The notes under the pieces are model-generated. The model was not told the DNA's origin. It was given only the letters and a program-made list of their open reading frames with translations, and searched no databases. A program made the position numbers and the translations under genes. Below, one piece after another: positions 37,348 through 48,200 of a stretch of 63,156 nucleotides of DNA. The DNA is from Fonticula alba ATCC 38817 (lineage: Eukaryota > Protista > Nucleariida): the NCBI GenBank assembly GCA_000388065.2, contig KB932202.1; one strand, written 5' to 3'. The stretch's first letter is position 1; every line of letters starts with the position of its first letter.

Positions 37348-38526
37348 AGAGGACGCACCCTTGGCGGCGGTGTCGCACAGGGCGCGCTGGCGCATGTCAG
37401 CCAGGCGGTTGACGCCCTTGCTGCTGCTGTAGGCAAAGATGTTGCACGACTGGGGGTGGAAGTCAGCCGAGGTGATGACCTCGGTCAGGTCCTCCATGTT
37501 GGGGGGCTTGATGTCGACGATGTTGAAGGACTGATCACTGATCTCCAAGTTCCAGAGGTTGATGCGCAGGTCATCAGCCGACAGGAAAGTTTCGTTGTCG
37601 CTGTTCAGGGCGATGGAGTTGATGTGATAGGCGTGGCCGTTGGCGAACACCCGGCGAGGAACGTGCGTGTGCACGGTGTCGTGCAGCATCATGCGCGGCA
37701 GACGCAGGCCGCGCGGGGGGACATTGTAGTGGCCGGTGCCGGCACCCCCGTCGATCTCCTCCTGGTCATAGGTGTCCGCGTCGTCCTCATAGCTGGGAAC
37801 CACGGACTTTAGCTTCTTGTTGTGGATCTTCCAGAGCTTGATGGTCTTGTCTGTGGATGACGAGGGGAAAGAAGGGGGTAAGTGGCCACGTCCAGGGGCG
37901 GCATGGGAGGCAGGAGGGGGAGGGGCAGGCCGCGCTCCGGTGAGTCATGGCGATCCCATGCGTACCGTTGGTGGACAGGAGGAAGTGTGCGGAGTTGGAG
38001 CGCTTGCACCAGCGGATCTTGTTGATCTTCTCCTCGATCTCGATACTCTTCAGATAGTCGAACTCCGGATCGTGGCTCTGGAACTCGGTCCAGAAGCGAT
38101 ATTGGCAGCCCTTCTTGTTGTCCTCGCGCTCGAAGAGGACAACACGGCCGCCGCGGTCACCAGTCGCCAGATAGCGGCCCGTCTCGTCGAACTCGACAGC
38201 CGAGATGATGTCGGCTGCGGAGGCGGCCACAGGAGAGGCGAGAGGGGGGGACACCGTGAGTGATGGGGGGCCGGGATGCCGGGCATGTCCCACGGGGATG
38301 AGCCGACAATGGGCAGGTGCATGGCCGGTGGTGTGTGCGGTGGATATATGGCAACATGTGGGTGTGCCGGTGCAGCACGGGAGGAGGGGGGGGGGCGGGG
38401 GCGGGGGCGGGGGCGGGGCACCGGGGGCCAGAGGGGGAAGGCATGCGCACCCTCGGTAATGTCATCGGCGTGGCCCTTGTCGCCGAAACATTGGGAGAAC
38501 TTCCATCCGCTGTGTTCGTCTGGCAT
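36501..38526 (-). CDS. PPP2R2: Protein phosphatase 2A regulatory subunit B55 (CDC55/PPP2R2 family)
   Basis: Exons 38526-38451, 38214-37966, 37850-37359, 37238-36977 and 36795-36501. Motifs include [84 protein letters not shown] and [22 protein letters not shown]. Confidence 0.97.
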
Positions 38527-40652
38527 GGTGGGGGTGGTCCGGCTAAAAAAGGAAAACACTTCGCTAAGTAGTGCTGAAAATCGGCCGGCTAGCGCTTAGT
38601 GGCTGTCGTGGGGGTTTTGGACGATGGGGACGCGAGGGTAGAAGCAGGCGAGGGGGGCGGGTCAGCGGGAGACACCGAAGAGGAGGGGGAGGGGGAGAGG
38701 GGAGGAAGAGGGGGGAGGGAGCGGGAGGGGGGGGGGCTGACATTCGAAAGATAGAAAGAAGGTGAGGAAGGATTGGAGGAGGGAGATAGATAGCTTGGGA
38801 AAGAGGGAGGCAGGGGGCGAGGCAGGGGGCGAGAGCGAGGGAGGGAGCGAGAGCGAGCAAGGGCCAGGGCGCGATGCGGAGGAAGGGGGCAAGCCTTGNN
38901 NNNNNNNNNNNNNNNNNNNNNNNNNNNNNNNNNNNNNNNNNNNNNNNNNNNNNNNNNNNNNNNNNNNNNNNNNNNNNNNNNNNNNNNNNNNNNNNNNNNN
39001 NNNNNNNNNNNNNNNNNNNNNNNNNNNNNNNNNNNNNNNNNNNNNNNNNNNNNNNNNNNNNNNNNNNNNNNNNNNNNNNNNNNNNNNNNNNNNNNNNNNN
39101 NNNNNNNNNNNNNNNNNNNNNNNNNNNNNNNNNNNNNNNNNNNNNNNNNNNNNNNNNNNNNNNNNNNNNNNNNNNNNNNNNNNNNNNNNNNNNNNNNNNN
39201 NNNNNNNNNNNNNNNNNNNNNNNNNNNNNNNNNNNNNNNNNNNNNNNNNNNNNNNNNNNNNNNNNNNNNNNNNNNNNNNNNNNNNNNNNNNNNNNNNNNN
39301 NNNNNNNNNNNNNNNNNNNNNNNNNNNNNNNNNNNNNNNNNNNNNNNNNNNNNNNNNNNNNNNNNNNNNNNNNNNNNNNNNNNNNNNNNNNNNNNNNNNN
39401 NNNNNNNNNNNNNNNNNNNNNNNNNNNNNNNNNNNNNNNNNNNNNNNNNNNNNNNNNNNNNNNNNNNNNNNNNNNNNNNNNNNNNNNNNNNNNNNNNNNN
39501 NNNNNNNNNNNNNNNNNNNNNNNNNNNNNNNNNNNNNNNNNNNNNNNNNNNNNNNNNNNNNNNNNNNNNNNNNNNNNNNNNNNNNNNNNNNNNNNNNNNN
39601 NNNNNNNNNNNNNNNNNNNNNNNNNNNNNNNNNNNNNNNNNNNNNNNNNNNNNNNNNNNNNNNNNNNNNNNNNNNNNNNNNNNNNNNNNNNNNNNNNNNN
39701 NNNNNNNNNNNNNNNNNNNNNNNNNNNNNNNNNNNNNNNNNNNNNNNNNNNNNNNNNNNNNNNNNNNNNNNNNNNNNNNNNNNNNNNNNNNNNNNNNNNN
39801 NNNNNNNNGAATGATAATGCGCCTGGGAGGCCCGAGCCGAAGGGTGTGGTCCTGAAAAAAGGTCCCTGCGTGGGGGATCCCAGGCAGATTCGGCGCCGGA
39901 GAGGGGGCAGGCCAGGGGCGGAGGCTTGGCCACGCACGGGGCGAAAGGGGACTTCCCCCGTCAGGGGTGGGAGCGGGGGCCGACCGGTGGCGAAGGCGCT
40001 GAGTGCAGATGGAGAAAGCGTGCCAGGAAAAGGGCCGATTGCAAACACGCCGGCGCACCGCGGGCGAGTACCGCCCCCCCCCCCCCCCCCCGCCCCCCCC
40101 CCCCCTCCCCCCCCCCCCCAGCGCCGGCCCAATGGGTTGGACTTGGCCGGCGCTCGCGTCTAGGAGCGCTGTGGGGCCTGGACGGGGGGAACTAGTGCAG
40201 GGGGTGTACGCCCGGCCCCTGGGGCATGCTGCGAGGGGGGGCGGTTGAGTGTTGGACTCTCCGCGAGGGTGTGACCGGTCGACCCGCTGGGGGGCGGGGG
40301 GGGGGGGCCTGCGGGGAGCCGGGTACACCCCGGCCCATGCCCCTCGCTCCAAGGGAACGCGGTGGTGGGCGGGGGGGGGCGGGACTCCGGTGCTTGACCC
40401 CGCCTCCGGGCCATGCCGCGGACGAAATGCGTGTTCCAGGGCGGAACGGGGCACGCGAGGGCCGGCCAGGATGGGAGTCTCTTTGCAACGGCCTCGGCCG
40501 CGGCTGACACTCGTCGTGCGGCCTGCGGCCCGGGAGCAAGGGGGAAAGGCCGACACGGGGGATTGTGCCAATGTAACGCATCTCCAGGGCACATGCCGCG
40601 AGCAAGAGCCTGCCGGGTGCGAGCGGGCCGGCGAGAGGACGCTAGGCCGGGG

Positions 40653-40705
<53 letters not shown>

Positions 40706-42886
40706 CACACTTGTCGAAGGGTTGGAGGGCTAGAGCCGCTCGAGGGGGGCGGGGGGACAACGCCGGCGACGGGCGCGCTGCAGAAGCGCTCTGCCTCGCC
40801 CTCTTGCATACACACACACACACACACACNNNNNNNNNNNNNNNNNNNNNNNNNNNNNNNNNNNNNNNNNNNNNNNNNNNNNNNNNNNNNNNNNNNNNNN
40901 NNNNNNNNNNNNNNNNNNNNNNNNNNNNNNNNNNNNNNNNNNNNNNNNNNNNNNNNNNNNNNNNNNNNNNNNNNNNNNNNNNNNNNNNNNNNNNNNNNNN
41001 NNNNNNNNNNNNNNNNNNNNNNNNNNNNNNNNNNNNNNNNNNNNNNNNNNNNNNNNNNNNNNNNNNNNNNNNNNNNNNNNNNNNNNNNNNNNNNNNNNNN
41101 NNNNNNNNNNNNNNNNNNNNNNNNNNNNNNNNNNNNNNNNNNNNNNNNNNNNNNNNNNNNNNNNNNNNNNNNNNNNNNNNNNNNGGGGGGGGGGGGGGGC
41201 CGTTCCGCCCCTTCCGGGGCCGGGGGAGGGCTGTATGCGGGCACGCAAGCGGTTGTGACGAAGTTCATCGGCGAATGCCAACTATCGCGCCTGGGCGCCC
41301 TTTCGCCCACCCGCCGGCTTCCCCTCCACGCCCCCTCCCCCCCAGGGTGAGGACCGGACGCCGTCGGCCAGGGGCGGGGGGGGGACGCCGGTGTGCCGGG
41401 CGCGCACGAGAGCCGTTGCTGGTCATCGCGATAGAGAAAATGGGCGGCCTGGCAGGGGGGGGGGGGGGCCAACCTTGGTCCAAAGACGCAGATTAATCCC
41501 ACGCCGACACACCCCCGGGCAGAGGACGACCGGGGGAGGGGGGGGGTGGACGGGGGAGTGCTCTTTGTCACGTCCCTCGGCCACCATCAGCAAGGACTTG
41601 CCAGGCTCATTGCCTTAGGCTCCCCCCCCCCCTCCAAGTGCCGCCACCGTCGCCGCTGGGGGAGGCGTCCCCCGGGCACGCGGGCTCACCTGCACCATGC
41701 CTGTGGGCGTGGGTCTGTGGGATATCTCTGACCGCGTACCGCCTCGGCGGTGCTCATCCGGGGAGCCGGGGGGAAGTGTGCCCTTACACGCGGGCCGGAG
41801 ATACGGGTCACAGCAGTTCTGTCGCGTCCCTGCCCCGGGCTGGGCCCTTGGGCTCATGCTCGGCCGTCCACGGAGGGGCGGGGCAGCGGCGCGATCAGCC
41901 CTGTTCGCCTTGCTCCGCCCCGGGCAAGTGCCACAATGCGCACGGGGTCTTGTGCATTTTCCTTCGGCTGCTCCGCTCGGCCGCCGGCTTTCGTGCGCCC
42001 TGCCGGGGCCGAGCACCCGTCTCCCAGGTGCGCCAGCGGGCAATGGTTCTTGGGCCTTGTGTGCGCGCGCGCGCGTTGCGGCCGCGGAGGGCGCCTGCAG
42101 GACGCCGCTGGATGCCTCGGGTCCAGGACGCGCGGTCCCCGGCGCCCCCGGCGATCCCCCCCCCCGCACCCCCGGGGCACCGCCCAAGGGAGAAAAAGCA
42201 GCGACAAGATTCCCCCTCCGCTGACCGGTGGCCAGCCGGAGCCTCCTCCCCTCATCCCCAGCGGGCGGGTGCCTCTGACCAGCAAATGTCATAATGATAA
42301 GCAGGATCCGTATTAGGTCACCCAGCCGGGGGGGGGGGACGGCAAGTACGCGCACATATCGCACAGGCATGTTCCCCCCCCCCCCCCCCCNNNNNNNNNN
42401 NNNNNNNNNNNNNNNNNNNNNNNNNNNNNNNNNNNNNNNNNNNNNNNNNNNNNNNNNNNNNNNNNNNNNNNNNNNNNNNNNNNNNNNNNNNNNNNNNNNN
42501 NNNNNNNNNNNNNNNNNNNNNNNNNNNNNNNNNNNNNNNNNNNNNNNNNNNNNNNNNNNNNNNNNNNNNNNNNNNNNNNNNNNNNNNNNNNNNNNNNNNN
42601 NNNNNNNNNNNNNNNNNNNNNNNNNNNNNNNNNNNNNNNNNNNNNNNNNNNNNNNNNNNNNNNNNNNNNNNNNNNNNNNNNNNNNNNNNNNNNNNNNNNN
42701 NNNNNNNNNNNNNNNNNNNNNNNNNNNNNNNNNNNNNNNNNNNNNNNNNNNNNNNNNNNNNNNNNNNNNNNNNNNNNNNNNNNNNNNNNNNNNNNNNNNN
42801 NNNNNNNNNNNNNNNNNNNNNNNNNNNNNNNNNNNNNNNNNNNNNNNNNNNNNNNNNNNNNNNNNNNNNNNNNNNNNNNNNNNNNN

Positions 42887-43011
42887 CACAGACACAGACA
42901 CACACACACACACAGACACACACAGACACAGACACAGACACAGACACAGACACACACACACACACAGACACAGACACAGACACAGACACAGACACAGACA
43001 CACACACACAC
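42887..43011 (+). repeat. Compound (GACACA)n/(CA)n microsatellite
   Basis: Lies at the right edge of a gap; a twin copy sits at 45021-45100. Confidence 0.9.
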
Positions 43012-44515
43012 CGAGCAGATGAGCTACGCGCGACCTGCCCGGCCCCCTCCCCCCCCGGCGTCCGGCGCCCCCGCCGCGCGCGACCGCCCCCGTCCCTTTC
43101 GGCCGGAGCGTGTAATGCCATTCGCCCCCCGCCCCGCCCCGCCGCCCAAGGACAACGAGATCGGCCCGGAGCCGCTGCTAGCTTGCAGCTCCCCGGCGCG
43201 GCCGTTGCCCGCCCCATCCGCCTTGCCCACAGCCCGCGCCAAAGCAGGCGCGCCCCCCGCCCCCCGAAGGCCGGTACCAGGCTCCAACACCCTCCCCCTC
43301 GAGGTGGTGGCGGCGGCAGGAAGCGCTCAGAGAGGTGCTTTCCACAAGAGTCCGCCCACTCCGCGGGGCGTCTCCATGCCTCCTGGCCCCCAGGCCTCCT
43401 GCCTCGCCCGCGAGGGGGCGGGGGGGGGGGGGGCGCGGGCGATGCCCCGCCGGGCGCCGCGGTGTGCCCCTCGCTTCCCCTGAAGTCTGGAATGCCTTCA
43501 AGACTGGGCCCAAGACGAAAGGGCGGGAGAAAGTACCCCGCGCGACACAAATGCGCCCGCCCTGGGGGGGGGGGGCGGGGTCGCCCGGAGTCTGGGGCAT
43601 GCGCCTCTCCCTTCCGGGGGGGGGGGGGGGAAAAAAGCAGGGCGCAGTATAAACGCGAAGCCGAGGCCGCGGCCCGAAGACGCGGGGGACTGATTATATG
43701 TGGGGGGGGGGGAATTAAAAATACTCCTCCGTCACAGATAGTTTCAATGCCCGTACCGTCGACGGCTGCCTCCCCCCGTCGAGGTCTCCCCCCCCCCCCC
43801 CCCCCCCGGAGCGGGCGGCTCTCGCTGCGGCCAGATGGCGAGATGCCCTGAAACCTGGCCCGCCCCCCTTCCCGGCTGCGCCGCGCCGCGCGTCCCCGCG
43901 CTCACCGATAGGGCCGACGAGCGTCCGGGGGCCCCGGAAATGTGCCCCTTCCGCCGTGTGCCGGGCCGCGCATCCTGGCATGCGCGAATGTACACCCCCT
44001 CAGACGCAGCACACATGCCCCGCACCTCCCCCCCCCCCCCCCGTTCCTGGCCGGGGCCCCACACCCCCACAACAAACCACAAACATACAAAACCCCGCCA
44101 CCCCCCCCCCCTCGTCCTGGCCGGCCCCGGTCGGCCCCGCGGGAGCGTGTCAACCGTCTTCGGGACGACGCGGGGGAACACGCGGGTGCCCCCCGCCGTC
44201 CCGGCGAAGACAGGCCTCCCCCCCCCCCCCCNNNNNNNNNNGAGCATAGCCGGGCGGGCGTGTCGTTGGCCGGATTGCGGTCTCTTGGCCTGCCTGCTGC
44301 CTGCGGCCCGCGGCCCGCAGCCGGGCTTTCCTCATAGCCAATGGACTGCCCCCGATGCGTGGCGGGCAACGTCCCCCCCCCCCCCCCCGCCCGCAGGGGG
44401 GACATTTCCCAGCACACGCGCCGCTTGCGAGCTGCTCCCCCCCCCTCCCCATCGGGGCGCTGTGCCCCGCCCCGCCCCCCCCGCTTCACGGAGAGGAAAC
44501 GGCCAGGACAGTGGC

Positions 44516-44521
44516 AAAAAA
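44516..44521 (-). terminator. Pol III T-tract terminator of tRNA-Ala
   Basis: A run of six T (A on the plus strand) starts 4 nt downstream of the tRNA 3' end. Confidence 0.8.
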
Positions 44522-44524
44522 GAA

Positions 44525-44597
44525 TGGAGGCGGAGGGTATCGATCCCCCTGCCTGCCGCATGCTAAGCGGCCGCTCTACCATTTGAGCTACGCCCCC
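44525..44597 (-). tRNA. tRNA-Ala(AGC)
   Basis: The reverse complement GGGGGCGTAGCTCAAATGGTAGAGCGGCCGCTTAGCATGCGGCAGGCAGGGGGATCGATACCCTCCGCCTCCA folds as a 73-nt cloverleaf. It has anticodon AGC, the G3:U70 alanine identity pair, discriminator A and the eukaryotic Ala-type T-loop ATCGATA. Confidence 0.96.
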
Positions 44598-44622
44598 GTT
44601 GATAGATGTGCTCCTCGATGGC

Positions 44623-44630
44623 TATTTATA
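44623..44630 (-). promoter_or_regulatory. TATA element upstream of the tRNA gene
   Basis: TATAAATA sits at -33 to -26 relative to tRNA +1, an isolated AT patch in GC-rich sequence. Confidence 0.6.
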
Positions 44631-45020
44631 AAAATTCCCCCTCGCACCCTGCCACCATCTTCTCGCCCCCCCCGGCCAATGTGTGGACGGTGTGATGGCC
44701 ACTGGGAGATCTCGTCCGTACCTCCTGTTCTCCGACTCGGCCTGTGTAAGCGAGCTGGTTTGCCTTTCTGCCTGCCACCTGCGCAGGAACACTCCCCTGC
44801 CCCTCTCCTCTCTCGCTCTCTCCTCTCTCTGGCTCTCTCTCACACACGCTATCCCCTGTCAGCCAGGCACATTGCTCGCCATCCAGCCAACACCATGGGC
44901 ACACCCGCATGCAAAGGCCCGCTCCTCCCCGGGTGCAGAGCAAGGGTGTAGGACAGGGGCCTCAGTCAGCGTGTGCCAACCCACATACACCCACATACAC
45001 CCACACATCCACACACCCAC

Positions 45021-45085
45021 ACACAGACACAGACACAGACACACACACACACACAGACACAGACACAGACACAGACACAGACACA

Positions 45086-45139
<54 letters not shown>

Positions 45140-45163
45140 AATACACCAATACACCAATACACC
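45021..45163 (+). repeat. Compound (GACACA)n/(CA)n plus (ACCAATAC)3 repeat, downstream of the KDM5 stop
   Basis: Read directly from the sequence. Confidence 0.9.
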
Positions 45164-45207
45164 GATTTGGACGAAATTTGGGTTCTATAGGAGCACAGGA
45201 AACCCTT

Positions 45208-48200
45208 TCAGCGCTGCGATGAGAACCAGGCTAGCTGCAAATTCAGGAACAGCGAACCCAGAAGGAGAGACACCTCGGCCGGGAAGAAGGGCAGGAGGGT
45301 GCCGGCCATGGCCAAGCCAGTCACCCGGCGCAGGAAGGACACATCCGGAGTCTCGAGGATCTTCCTGTAGCCGGCAAGCAGGAACAGCCGGTCCAGATGC
45401 GCCGGGGAAAAGAGCAGCTCCCGGACCGGCACCACCAGCGGCGAGTGCACCCCGGCAAAGGTGGCCCGGTACAGGCGCCCGGCCGCCGAGTATTTCGGCC
45501 CCGGGCCAGGACCACTCGCCGGCTCCACGGTCAGGAGGGACCCCCGAGTGAGGATCCCTCTCACGGTCTCCATGGCATAGGAGGGGGTCTCCTTGCGAGG
45601 CGTGCGCACGGTCCGCGTCAGGTCAAACTGGCCGACGTCGCTCTCGGGCCAGATGCTACGCGCAACCAATGCACAGCCGGTCGCCACCATGAACCCCGTC
45701 AGGCGCCTCTCCGTCTGATGCACCTGCTCCGTGGCATAGCTGGCAGCATTCTCCACCGGCAGGCATTCCTCCTGCTGCTGGCAGAAGAGACAAATGGACC
45801 GGCCGGCCGGCCGGCCCTCACCACCCACCGGGACACCCCCCGAGCCTGGCCCGACCGGGCCCAGCTTCGCAGCGCACAGGTGGAAGTGCACCTGGCACAG
45901 GGAACACTGCGTGGTCGGTGGCAAAGCCTGGGCCGTGCTCGAGGCGGTCGCCGCGTCGGCTTCCTCCATCTTGTCATCATCCGTGTCTTCGTCATCTTCG
46001 CCATGGATGTCCGGCACCGGAGAACAGACACACACCACCTGCGAGAAGGCCAGCAAGCCCCCCAGGACAGGCAAGTTGTCGGATGACTTGGGCAAGGTCT
46101 TGGCCCCGGGTTTGGCCCCCGGCGGCTCGGTGCCCCCCTCGGACTCGGCATTCACCTCGACAAGAGGCTCGAAGCCGAAGACCGACCGGAAGGTCGTGAT
46201 GGCGCGACACGCCTGCCACTGCAGATAGGCCAACAGGCAAAAGCGCTCAGCATGCGTGATCCCCGGGTAGGGGCCGAATACCGGCGGCAGCCCAGGCTCC
46301 GGGGCCTCCCCCTCGGCCGGTGTGTCGGCGGCGTCGGCCTCGGCCGCCGCGCTGGACTGCCGCTCGACGGCCCAGGCCAGCAGCTCCGGCGTCACGCGCA
46401 AGCCACCCTCGGCCACTGCCGAGGCAGAGCCGGCGCCGGTTGTCTGGCCGGAGCCCGGTGGCGCCTTGGCAGCCGGACCGGTGGCCGGCCGGGCGAACAA
46501 CAAATCCCGGCACAGCCCCAGCCACCAGCCAATCTGCTTCGGCGCACTGGCCATCTCTTGGGAAATGACAATGTCCCCCACCAGCGGCGATCGGGGATAT
46601 TGCTCCGGCGCCAGGAGCATGGCGCTGGCCTGGGCAAAGAGATCTTCCACCGCACCGGCCGGGCCAAGGAAGTGCCGATACAGCAGCCGGACCATCGAGT
46701 CGGCGCTGCCAAACTGATGGAGCAGCCCCACCGGATCGGCCGCCAGTTCGGCCGCCAGCTTCATGCGCATTTCCATCGCCTGGCTCGCCTGCGGACCGAA
46801 CATCTCGAATGCGCTGTTCATCGGGAAAATGTACTGCTCCGGCTGCTGGTCGGCCAGGTAGGGCGCCAGGGCCACCACCGGCTCCCAGGTATCCTCGATG
46901 GCCGTGTACGCGCCAAGCAGCGTATCCAACATATCCGGACTCACTGGCAGACTGTAGGCCGTGTCGATGAAGTGGATGAAGCGCCCCGCCGAGAAGGACA
47001 ACGGCGACCAGTCCCGATTGTAGGCCGGCTGGTCGGAGTGATCGACACGCAGGCGCCCCGGCACCGGCAGCCGGTGCTCCTGATACAGGCACAACAGGGC
47101 CGGGATGGCGCGCTGGCACTCGGCCTCCCACTGCCCGGCATCCCGGAGCAGCCCCTCCAGCAGATGGGCCTCCTCCAGAGTGAGGCGATTCTGCCGGATG
47201 TGCGTCGCGGCCAGGGGGTAGTGCGAGGCCAGCAGCTCGGCCGACAGGAGCTCCGAGCAGTAGATGTCCAGCAACTGCAGCAGACGCCGCAGACGCGAGG
47301 AGCTCGGCAATGGCGGCGCCTTCAGCACCCGATAGATGGTGGCGTACCAGCGATAAATGCGGAACCAAAAGACCAGCCGGTCCATCGATACGTGCGACAG
47401 CCGAAGGAGAACGCCCTCCTCGTAGAGGACCTGCGCGGCTTCCAGCACCCCTGGGCGTTTTGTCGGTGGCAGGATGTCCGCCACCGAGATGATGCGACCG
47501 ACCAATGGCCCGGCCGTTGTTTGCACCGGGCTCGGGATGTCACTCAAGGCCGCCGCCTGTCGGGGATCCGACGCGGGCTGTGTCAGCCCCGGCGAGAAGT
47601 CCATGCGTGCTGTGTGGACAAAGGTGTCGGCCTTGGCGATGAACCTGGTTTCCGAAGGGTCAGTCATGTGCCGTGGATACACCGGCGACGTGGCCAGCAG
47701 GGATTTGTGCAAACACATAAATATGTGTGTGTGCGTGTGGGGGGGGGGGGGGGAGNNNNNNNNNNNNNNNNNNNNNNNNNNNNNNNNNNNNNNNNNNNNN
47801 NNNNNNNNNNNNNNNNNNNNNNNNNNNNNNNNNNNNNNNNNNNNNNNNNNNNNNNNNNNNNNNNNNNNNNNNNNNNNNNNNNNNNNNNNNNNNNNNNNNN
47901 NNNNNNNNNNNNAGAGAGAGAGAGAGAGAGAGAGAGCACGGGGGAAGTAGACGCACAGATCTGCGCGATCCAGCAGCTCGATCATGGACCCCAGGCTAGG
48001 ATGCAGCAAGCGCAGGATCTTCGCATGGTGAACTACCCTGCGCAGATCATCCACCGAGTAGCCCTCCGTAAAGATGGCCGGCGGGATGTGCGGGATCGAT
48101 TTGCTGTCCAGAGACGCCAGCGACTGGTGCTCGAAGTCCAGGCTGCAAATGGTCCCCCGCTTCGAACGCATCGAGGGGTTCAGGTAGTCCGCCAGTTCCA

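Larger units (their letters stand above)
2227..47912. other. Eleven assembly gaps (N runs)
   Basis: 2227-2445, 6786-6831, 8788-8918, 13821-14339, 18509-18733, 20385-20525, 38899-39808, 40830-41184, 42391-42886, 44232-44242 and 47756-47912. Most abut G/C homopolymers or dinucleotide repeats. Confidence 0.99.

Noticed and set aside
38564-43550. Long ORFs containing X runs or HT/VC/TD dipeptide repeats
   Set aside because: They are artefacts of translating N gaps and CA/GT microsatellites.
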